Positions 29,830 to 38,264 of a stretch of 64,000 bases of DNA are shown here, in pieces. The translations under genes were made by a program, and so were the position numbers. Source of the DNA: an uncultured delta proteobacterium (GTDB lineage Bacteria; Desulfobacterota; Desulfomonilia; UBA1062); the NCBI GenBank assembly GCA_963752595.1, contig CAVVYZ010000016.1, positions 1 to 64,000 on the forward strand. Direction: 5' to 3'. Within the stretch, counting starts at the first letter, position 1; every line of letters begins with the position of its first letter. The notes under the pieces are model-generated. The model worked only from the letters and a program-made list of their open reading frames with translations, had not been told where the DNA came from and searched no databases.

Positions 29830-30693
29830 TTACTTCTCACGGTAGGTGAACACGGCCTCCCGGATCTCCAAGATGGCTATTTCTTTTTTTCCGGCCTGGT
29901 ACACGTGCTGGCCTGCACCCCGGTAATAGCCGTCGCCGAGCGCTATCCAGTCGGTCATCCGCCCGAGCTTGATCTTCTCGTCTTCATGGGAAGAAGAGCC
30001 GGGATAGAGCACGGGCAGGAAGCAGCCCACATTCAATCCCCCCCAGGTGGTGACGTTCGCCTGGATCCAGATGAGATCGGTGAGCGAGCGGGGCGCGGTC
30101 ACGGTGAGCTCGCGGATGGCTGCAAAGGGGATCCATACATAGCGGCCGTGGATGAATGCTTCGAGGAACGGGGACAAGACGCTGTCGGTGTCCTTGAGCC
30201 CGGAGAAGGTCTCGCCGTTGAGCGTTCCCTTGACCTTCGGGATGGATTTCTCTGCCTGGGCGAAGAGCGCTCCGACGGCTTTGATGTCCCCCTCTCCTTT
30301 ATCCTCTCCCGCAACAGGAGAGGAAGGAGTGGTACCCCCTGCCGGGGATCTTTTGATGAAAAGGAGCTTCCTGACTGCATTGTAATAAGGTTCGAAAAAG
30401 TCTGGTGCTTCGGGCAGGAACGACGGGAGCTGCTTGAGGTCGAAGACGGCAATCCGCTCCTTTTCTGCAGCGATAAGCTGGGAATAGACGGAAGCGCCCT
30501 TAAGACGTGACGGGTCCTGGGTCGAGATCATGTCGAGATGCACGGATGCCTTGTCCCACTCTCCGAGCAGGACCAGGACCTGGAACAAGAGCGTCCTCTT
30601 TCCTGTGTCCGCAGGAGAAGACTTCACCCCTTCCACGAGTGCTGCCCGGGCTTCGGACAGCCGCCCTTCCTTAATCAAGCTCCTCAAATCCAT
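29830..30693 (-). CDS. tagJ: T6SS accessory protein TagJ (ImpE/SciE) with an in-frame repeat insertion
   Basis: VKSSPAD...LFQVLVLLGEWDKA, DTDSVLSPFLE, YVWIPF, APRSLTDLIW, PVLYPGS, LGRMTDW, GAGQH. Confidence 0.9.
   Translation of the reverse strand: MDLRSLIKEGRLSEARAALVEGVKSSPADTGKRTLLFQVLVLLGEWDKASVHLDMISTQDPSRLKGASVYSQLIAAEKERIAVFDLKQLPSFLPEAPDFFEPYYNAVRKLLFIKRSPAGGTTPSSPVAGEDKGEGDIKAVGALFAQAEKSIPKVKGTLNGETFSGLKDTDSVLSPFLEAFIHGRYVWIPFAAIRELTVTAPRSLTDLIWIQANVTTWGGLNVGCFLPVLYPGSSSHEDEKIKLGRMTDWIALGDGYYRGAGQHVYQAGKKEIAILEIREAVFTYREK
30288..30350 (+). repeat. Palindromic repeat, family B, inside the tagJ CDS
   Basis: ccccctctcctttatcctctccc (23 nt identical to the 8922 copy) followed by aggagaggaaggag..CCCCctgccGGGGatc. 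Confidence 0.75.
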
Positions 30694-30787
30694 ACCACGT
30701 AAAACCTTTCACTCTTAAAGTCTACCAAACCATAAGCCATGCAGAAAAACAATAAAAAACCAGTATCGTTGCCGGAATGCGCCTACT

Positions 30788-31493
30788 TTACGAAAAAGTC
30801 CACAACCGGATGAAATCCTGAGAAGCGAGCGACCTCCTGAACAGGGCGAAATGGGTATTTTCCGGTATGCCGCCCATGAACACCGTATTCGGGGATTCGC
30901 CGATGAGCGCCTTCAGCCGGGTGTGCCACAGGACGAGCGTATCCGACGGGTCCTCGCTGAGCCCTCCCTTGATGGGCAGGAAGAGCTCTGCAGCATTCCG
31001 ATAATGAATCGAGCTCATGCATATCCTGGTATTTCCCTGCTGCGGCGCCCGCCCCCTGGAACAGGGTCGGATACGGCAGCATCCCGAGGTCGCTCTCCAG
31101 GGCCGACACGTCGAACGATTTCTTGGAGCCCACGTATTCCATCCGGCTCCAGATCCCTTCGAAGACGTATGGAAGCAGTTCCCAGGTTTCCTCCCAGCCG
31201 TCCAGCGGCCCTGTGCCGAAGATGAGGAACGGGTACGGCCGGCCCACGCTGTCGTTGCTGTCGCGGAGCAGCCCGCAGACGAGCTCCTGCTTTTTCATGC
31301 CCCGGGCCCAGAACCTCCAGGAACAGGCTTGCTGCGGCCTTTCCTGCAGCGCCGAATACCCGGACTCCATCCAGTCGGCAAAAGCCTTGAGCAAAGGCGT
31401 CTGGGCCCCGATGGCGATATAATCCCTCGCCACGGGGTGCTTACCCGCAGCCCCCCAGGCCCAGCCCTGCTTTTGCTTTACTGAGCCCAGCAC
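30788..31493 (-). CDS. tagF: T6SS-associated TagF (ImpM/SciT-like), frameshift near 31000
   Basis: GKHPVARDYI, WRFW, DSNDSVGRPYPF; located next to tssM. Confidence 0.82.
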
Positions 31494-34400
31494 GTTACGA
31501 TTCTCTCGGGCGCCAGGCCTGCCCCCTGGCTGAAGAGGTCGGCGGCCTGCTGGTAGTTGCCGTCGAAACGGTAGTTCACCTTGATGTACCTGATGCCCAT
31601 CCGCTTCAATGATGCGCTCTGCCCGGGAAAATCGCCGGGCGTAAACGTATGCCGGCCTGACGGGAACTCGCTTAAGAACTTGGAGAAGCCGAAGTTGCCT
31701 TCATACTGCCGGGTAAGCGTTACATTGCCGACCTCGATGGTAAAGACCGCGGTGCCGCAGTTCTGGGGCGAATAGTTGAACACCTTGCGGACCGGGTAGT
31801 TGAGGTTCTCCAGGGTGAGCATCTCGCTTGCACACCCGAGCTCCAGACGGGTGGAATGGGGCTTGACCGACGCATCGGAGTTGGAGTCGGTAGGCAGACC
31901 TGTGATGGTGACGGTGTAGCTGGACTGTACCGGCTTGTCCGCCTTCGAGGAGAAGCTCAAGAAACCGACCTCGAAGGGCACCTTCCTGCCCATGACCTCC
32001 TTGGGGGAGTATCCCTGCAAGTCCCTGTTCAGGAAAGGTGCTGCCGGGCCCTGCATGAACCTGCCGGCAGGCCCCTGTCCGCCGCCTATCATTGCGTTTG
32101 CCTGCAAGGGGTCGGTTATCCCCTGCACCATGACCAGAACGTCCTTGACCCAGAGTTCCTGGAGGTGGCACCCGGTTTCCCGGCAGGCGTAGGCCCACAG
32201 AAAATCGAGCGGGCCCTGCACGAGCTGCCACAGGCCGGGATCGGCGCCTGTCCAGCCGGAAGCTTTGAGCTCGCCGATCGCATCACGGGCCTTGATGAAC
32301 GGCGATGCCGCTGCCGTACCTTCGGCGAACGTAGCGGTTGCGAGCTGGAAGATAGCCTGACGGGACGACTTCACCGCCGTGGACGCCTCACCCAGTGAGG
32401 AGAGGTACGCGGCATACGCCTTGATCGCATTGGTCCGCGAGGTGGCGGCGCCCGTGTCCGCGACACCGGATATCTTATCTTTGATCTTGGAGCCGGTCTC
32501 GGTGACCTTCGTGATGAGAGACCCGCCTCCGGCGGCATTGACTGCGCCCATGGCCAGGGCCTGGTCTGCAGTATCGTTGATGCCGTCGACGAACACAATC
32601 CATGCAGGGGCGGCGTTTCCGGTTCTATACGGCCCCAGTTCGGACTTCATGCGGCTGAGGAAGGCAAAGTACGGTCCCCCCTTTGTAGCCATCCTGCCGG
32701 CGGTCTGTTCCCACTCGGCTTTCCCTTTGAGCCTCTGTGCGCCTTGCGCGAACGAGCGCACGAAATTCTCCCATGCTGCCAGATAGTTCTGTCGGTACCA
32801 CTCCTGGAAGGCGGGCTTGTTCGCATTGATTGCCTGAGCATCGCCCAGGGCCATGCAGATCTCGTCAAAAACCGCATCCACGTGCTTTTTGCCCTCGAGG
32901 GTGAAAGCACCCGGCACGAACGGCTCGTCCGGCAATGAATTGCTTCCACCCCAGAACTCCTTTAAGCTGGCGCCCGGGAGCGATGTGCCGGTGCTCACCC
33001 AGACCGCTACCCACCGGAAGTCCGCATTCTTCTGTGCGAGCGCTTTCTTCAGCCATGGTTTGAGGTTTTTCATCTCCTTGCCCGATGACTGCTGCTCCTC
33101 ATCCCCCCAGATCAGTCGATAGAGGTACAGGTTGGAGAGGCTCTTGGCCATCTCGGGCGCCACGCTTCCTCCTGCGGCAGGGATGAACGGCAGATACGAA
33201 GGCTGGGGCTTGGACTGGAGCTCTTCGAGCGAAGCTTCTTTCATGTGCGCATCGACGAGGTTGATCCGCCGGGTAAGGTGCATGACGTACTGGGCGTACA
33301 CGGGGTCAGGGGTTGCAGCCGTGAAGGTGGCAAGATCCTGCTCTATCTTCTTGTCCATGGACGAGATGATGCCCTCTTCCACCAGCCTGCAATAGTTGCT
33401 CTTGAGCCTTCCTTCGATGTCTTTGCTGTGGGTGAGGCCGAATCTCGGTATCCACCAGTGCCTGTTCCCCTCTTCCACCTTGAGGATGCCCTTACGGTAA
33501 AGCTCGAGGGTATTCACGTCGACCGTGAACTCTCCCTGGAGGACCGGGGGATCTTTGGGCACGGACCTTATGATGGAGAGGTTCTTGACGAACGAAAAAC
33601 TTAAGAGTCCGCAGATGGCAATGGAGATCGCAAGCCACGACAGCAGGCCCAGGTTCTTGGTGAGCCTTGACCATTCGATGGCCTGCCTGGTGGGGGCGAA
33701 CAGGTGCCTTTCCCGGGGCAGGATCTTTTCGAAAAAGTCGTGGAGGAAGAGTCCCTTGCTGGTGCCGGGCAGGACGTCCCGCTCCTCAATGAGGCCTAAG
33801 TTCTTGAGGAAGTGGGAATACGGGGTTCCTTCCTGGCGGCCGGTGCTGAAATAGATGCCGCGCAAAAGCGGGCTTTCCTGGTAGGGGTTCTCCTGGAAGG
33901 CTGCCTTCATGAACGAGGTGAGGCCCTCTTCAGCTTCGAGAACTCCTCGGGGAAGAGCAGGAGCGAGGGCTCCAGGTATCTGGGGTCTGTCTTGTGGAGC
34001 TGGATGAGGCGGATGCTCCTCAAACGCTCGGAGATGGTGTGCATCGCGTTCTTGATGAACGATACCGGGTCGGCCTTGCCCGAGTCGGTTGATCATGCCC
34101 ATGGCCTGCTGTTGGCCCGCCTCGGAGAGCCGGCCCGTAAACTGGGTCATGCCCTGGATCAGGTCGCACTTGGTCACGAGCACATAGACCGGGAACTTGC
34201 TGCCCAGGGCCCGCATGAGCTCATCGATCCTGCGGCGGATGTTCGGGCCGTCCTCTTCAGGGCCTCGGGCCCGGTCTCCAGGATCTTGTCCGCGGCAACG
34301 GTGACGACCAGGCCGTTTAAGGGCTCTTTTTTGCGGTATTTGGCCAGGAGCGAGAAGAAATTCTGCCATTCGTCCTTGTCCCTGCCCTCATCGACGGGGA

Positions 34401-34932
34401 TGGCATACCTGCCTGCGGTATCGATGATGATGGCCTGCTCGAAGAACCACCAGTCGCAGTTCTTCGTGCCGGAGATCCCGGAGATCCGGTTGACCTCGGA
34501 AAAAGGCGAGGAGAGCTTGGCGCTCTTGATCGACGTGGTCTTGCCCGATCCGCTCTCGCCGAGGACCATGTACCACGGCAGGACATAGAGCGGGTTGCCC
34601 TGTTTCTTCAGGTGCGATTTCTTCAGGGCGTCGACGGCTTCTTTCCACTTGTCCTGGAGCTCGGAGGCGTGTTTCTTCTCGTCGTCTTTCAGTGACCTCA
34701 GGTAGGCGTTGTCCTGCTCGATGATCTGGCTGACGAAGTGCTGCTCCTTTTTCCTCAGCATGACCTTACGGATGATAAAGCCCGCCAGACCCACCCCAAT
34801 AAACAGGACAATGAGGAAGATGCCGACCCACCAGGGCCAGCCCATGCCGAGCACGATTCCGAACACCAGGAGAAGGACGAGTATGCTGCTTAATGCAATC
34901 AGTGCATAAACCATCGGACTCTGTTTCATCAC
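31478..34932 (-). CDS. tssM: T6SS membrane complex TssM/IcmF (frameshifts near 33900-34260)
   Basis: N-terminal TM segments, LYVLPWYMVLGESGSGKTT, CDWWF, IDTAGRY, PLNGLVV, FPVYVLVTKCDLIQG, LLRGIYFS. Confidence 0.92.
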
Positions 34933-35606
34933 GGCACCATCTTGAAAAGGGTTTCGCTGACGTTGTTCAGGACGAAATGATAAATCAGGAACAGCGCAGC
35001 AAAGAGTACGACCGGAACGCCTGCCGCCACGATATTGAAGAAGGGAAAACTGCTCCGGGTTTTGACCTTTACCTCAGGCCCGGTATCCGGGGGGTAGCCT
35101 TCGGGGAACAGCTCGCCCTTTTCCATGGACGGGATGCCCAGGGAGCTGCCGGTGAGCACTTTGAGGTTCGAGGTCTTGAGCTGGTCGATGAGGAACTTGT
35201 CGCCCTCGTTGCAGTAGCGGCCCGTGAACCCCATGGCCAGGCACAGGTAGTAGACCTCCCGGCCGTCCTTCTGGTGGGGGCCCAGGCTGTTGAGGCGGTC
35301 GAAGAACAGCTCGCCCGCATTCGTCGTCTGGTAGTGGATCCTCTGGAGGAGATCACGCTGCCAGAGCTGCCTGCTCGACCAGGTCGAGTTCATGATGGAC
35401 TCGTCGATCCAGGCACAAACAGCGAACCGCGCCGCCTCGTAATCCTCCTGCGTGATCTCGCCGTAGCCCACGCCGTCCCTGCTCTGGGTGAGGAGCCGGT
35501 CGATATCCGCCCTCACCTGGTCGTACGCCGGCTGGCGTTTGTCATAAGTTTTCTTGAAATAGAGCACGTAGCTGATCAGTTCGATGAAGCAGTCACTCAG
35601 TCGCAT
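34929..35606 (-). CDS. tssL: T6SS TssL/DotU
   Basis: ARFAVCAWIDE, NAGELFFDRL, EVYYLCLAMGFTGRY; C-terminal TM helix, no OmpA domain. Confidence 0.92.
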   Translation of the reverse strand: MRLSDCFIELISYVLYFKKTYDKRQPAYDQVRADIDRLLTQSRDGVGYGEITQEDYEAARFAVCAWIDESIMNSTWSSRQLWQRDLLQRIHYQTTNAGELFFDRLNSLGPHQKDGREVYYLCLAMGFTGRYCNEGDKFLIDQLKTSNLKVLTGSSLGIPSMEKGELFPEGYPPDTGPEVKVKTRSSFPFFNIVAAGVPVVLFAALFLIYHFVLNNVSETLFKMVP

Positions 35607-35609
35607 GTT

Positions 35610-36995
35610 TTACGTCCTCCCTACGACCATGAGCTCGACCTTGAGATCTCCGGCCGCACTGTCCCAGAACAGGGCGATGTTCTTGCCCTTCTGCACGTTG
35701 GCCCATTGGTCGCCGTAGTGTTCTATCTGAAAATAACTGGCGTTCGCCCTCCTCGGCAGCTCCTGCGGCGGGATGGGCAGGTGCTTGAGGCCCAGTGCCG
35801 GCAGTGCCCGCACGATGAGGATGGCAAGCGCTTCCCGCGAGCTCAGTTTTGCGCTCGTATCGATGGACCTGAGAACCTCTGCAGGATCTGCCTCGGTCTC
35901 GATCACGAGGTAGAAGCGGTTCGACCCCTCGAAGATCGCAGGCGGCAGATCCGCGGAATAGTATGTCCCGTCGTATACGAGAGAAAAGACGTATTCGGGG
36001 CCGGAGGTGATCTCATCGAGCAGGCGGGTGATCATTTCCTGCGCTGCCGAGAAACAGGAAGAAAGATTTTCATGAGAGTACGACGGGATCGAGCCCTTAC
36101 CCCCCTCGGTGCCTCCCAGCACTGTTACCTCCTGCGAGAAGGTGGAGAGGTCTCCGACTATCCGGCGCAGCATCCCGTAAATGGTCCACGGGTGAGCCTG
36201 GGCATCGTCCGTGAGGTGGTAGAGCTGGGGGATGTAGCGGTTCAGCGACCGCAAGGCCAGGAGAAAGACCATGTCCCGCGCCCCGAACTCGGCCGTGTGT
36301 ATGCCCCGGTCCCGCTTATAGAGCTCGAGCTGGTGCCCGCGGGCCGTGACCTGGTCGCGGACTTCCTTGACGACCTTCTCGAGAACCGGCGAGGCTTCTA
36401 TGGAAACGCAGGGCGGGATGTACCGCTCGGAGAGGACCACGTCCTCGCCTTTGCGTTCGAGCTGGGCGATCGGGATGACCTCATAGTCGGCAAACCGGTC
36501 CTGCTCGGTCTCCCAGAAGATCCGAACGCTATAGAAGAGCCTTTTGATCTCTGCAGACGGGCCCTGTTCGTGCATATCGGGCATCTCTTCGAAGTCGGAC
36601 GGCGCAACGAACCGGGTGGTGACCTTGGAAAGCCTCGTGGAGCCGTCCATGACCGTGACGTTCAGGCCCTGATCACTCCATTTCTTTATGCCCAGGTACA
36701 CCTTCAGCGGCTTGCCGCCCTCGACCCAGTCCTCGTCAAAACCCCGTGCCTCCACCAGTGCATTGTCCGGGATGGCCACGTGGGTCATGTCCCGGAACAC
36801 GAACTCTCCGCCCGTGATCTGGAATGTCCTGGTCTCCAGCGCGGACTTCTGGACCTGCAGCGAATTCACCCCCCACAGGTGGGGCATGAGGAACCGGTAT
36901 GCCGGTGCCGTGAGTGACTGGAGATAGCGGTCGGAGAGCTGGAAATGCTGGGGCTGCAGAAACAAACCGTGATGCCAGAAGATCGGCCTCTCCAT
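35610..36995 (-). CDS. tssK: T6SS baseplate TssK
   Basis: IFWHHGLFLQPQHFQ, YIPPC, PIPPQELP...YFQI. Confidence 0.93.
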   Translation of the reverse strand: MERPIFWHHGLFLQPQHFQLSDRYLQSLTAPAYRFLMPHLWGVNSLQVQKSALETRTFQITGGEFVFRDMTHVAIPDNALVEARGFDEDWVEGGKPLKVYLGIKKWSDQGLNVTVMDGSTRLSKVTTRFVAPSDFEEMPDMHEQGPSAEIKRLFYSVRIFWETEQDRFADYEVIPIAQLERKGEDVVLSERYIPPCVSIEASPVLEKVVKEVRDQVTARGHQLELYKRDRGIHTAEFGARDMVFLLALRSLNRYIPQLYHLTDDAQAHPWTIYGMLRRIVGDLSTFSQEVTVLGGTEGGKGSIPSYSHENLSSCFSAAQEMITRLLDEITSGPEYVFSLVYDGTYYSADLPPAIFEGSNRFYLVIETEADPAEVLRSIDTSAKLSSREALAILIVRALPALGLKHLPIPPQELPRRANASYFQIEHYGDQWANVQKGKNIALFWDSAAGDLKVELMVVGRT

Positions 36996-36998
36996 GCC

Positions 36999-37517
36999 CT
37001 ATTCCTCCTGTGTTGAAACGATCTGTTTGGGCCCGAGCTTGATGACGGCGTTCAAAGGCATGGGCACCATCCGCTTGCTGAAAAGGCCCCTCTTTTCCTG
37101 GGGGATCCGGTAGAACCTGACGATCTTGTCTTTGTCGATGTTGTAGTACCCGGCTACGATGCCTACGAACTTGGCCCCCTCTGCCCTGTCCAGGCTGGCT
37201 TTCTGATTTTTGCCCGGATTCACGATGACCCTTCTCGCATTGGCGACGCTCGGGTCGAAGTTGCTGCACGAGAGCAGCTTGTAGAGGCCGTCGGTATCCT
37301 CGGCGAGCTGTCTGAACTCATTGGGGTCCCTGAGCTGGTACACGCACACCGACAGGGTATGCGATGTGCCGTCGCGCAGGTTGAGCTTTTTATCCGGCTC
37401 AAAACTCAGATTGATCCCCTTTTCTTCATACTCCCACCTGGCAGGCGTCGGCGCGGCGCATGAAGCCAGCAGGAAAAGCGTGCATAGAAAAAACAGGATG
37501 GTACGTACCGATTTCAT
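36999..37517 (-). CDS. tssJ: T6SS lipoprotein TssJ
   Basis: Lipobox LLASC; LN...LSVCVYQL, FVGIVAGYY. Confidence 0.9.
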   Translation of the reverse strand: MKSVRTILFFLCTLFLLASCAAPTPARWEYEEKGINLSFEPDKKLNLRDGTSHTLSVCVYQLRDPNEFRQLAEDTDGLYKLLSCSNFDPSVANARRVIVNPGKNQKASLDRAEGAKFVGIVAGYYNIDKDKIVRFYRIPQEKRGLFSKRMVPMPLNAVIKLGPKQIVSTQEE

Positions 37518-38263
37518 TAAGATTTCCCCTCCCCACGGCTGAATGACCGTTGACAGCTCTTCTCAAACTCCCGCAGCAGGTCTTGTGCGAACCGCTCGGA
37601 CTCAAACCATTTCTTGATCTTGGCAAAAGATGCCTCATACACCTCGAAGGCCTCGGCCTTCTTGAGCGGCCCGAACTTTAAACCCGAGCCTAACCCTGAT
37701 TCTATCTTGCAAGGGTCTATTTCCGCAAGTATGTTTCTTATGGTGCTGCGGGATGCGTCCTGGAACGCATTGTGCGAGACGAGAAAAGCCTTCTTGATCT
37801 GCCCCAGGTATTCTTCGAGGGGCTTCGATAGCTCTTGCGATTCCAGATCCCCGCCGATGACGGCCCTGATCGTCTCTTCCCCTGACCCGCTCCCGCCGAG
37901 CGTGGCATTCATCACCCGGATGATCTCGTTGAGAGAATCGAACACCGTGTTGAGCGAAGCAGCCAGCTTTTCCAGGGTCTGAGGGGATGACGCATCCGCC
38001 AGAGCGGCCCTGTTTCCCAGGAGGAGCCGGACGAAATCTTCCAGGACGGCAGAGCCCTGCTCCGGTTGCGCCTGTTTGCCTTTCAGCTCTTCCTGCACCC
38101 GGCGGGCGATGGCAATGCGCTCACCGGGTTGCAGCCCTTTGAGCTCTTCATCCAAATACTGCCTGATGGCTCCCTTTGCATCTGCTCCCTCGGCGGCATA
38201 GATGCCCTGTACGGCCCGGGCGAGTTTTGTGATCGATAACCGGTTGTTCATTACAGCAGCCAA
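37517..38263 (-). CDS. Hypothetical T6SS protein resembling the TagH/Fha C-terminal domain, with no FHA domain
   Basis: HNAFQDASRSTIRNILAEIDP...KAEAFEVY...F...REFEKS resembles the TagH C-terminus. Translationally coupled to tssJ (TAATG). Confidence 0.6.
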   Translation of the reverse strand: MAAVMNNRLSITKLARAVQGIYAAEGADAKGAIRQYLDEELKGLQPGERIAIARRVQEELKGKQAQPEQGSAVLEDFVRLLLGNRAALADASSPQTLEKLAASLNTVFDSLNEIIRVMNATLGGSGSGEETIRAVIGGDLESQELSKPLEEYLGQIKKAFLVSHNAFQDASRSTIRNILAEIDPCKIESGLGSGLKFGPLKKAEAFEVYEASFAKIKKWFESERFAQDLLREFEKSCQRSFSRGEGKS

Positions 38264-38264
38264 C

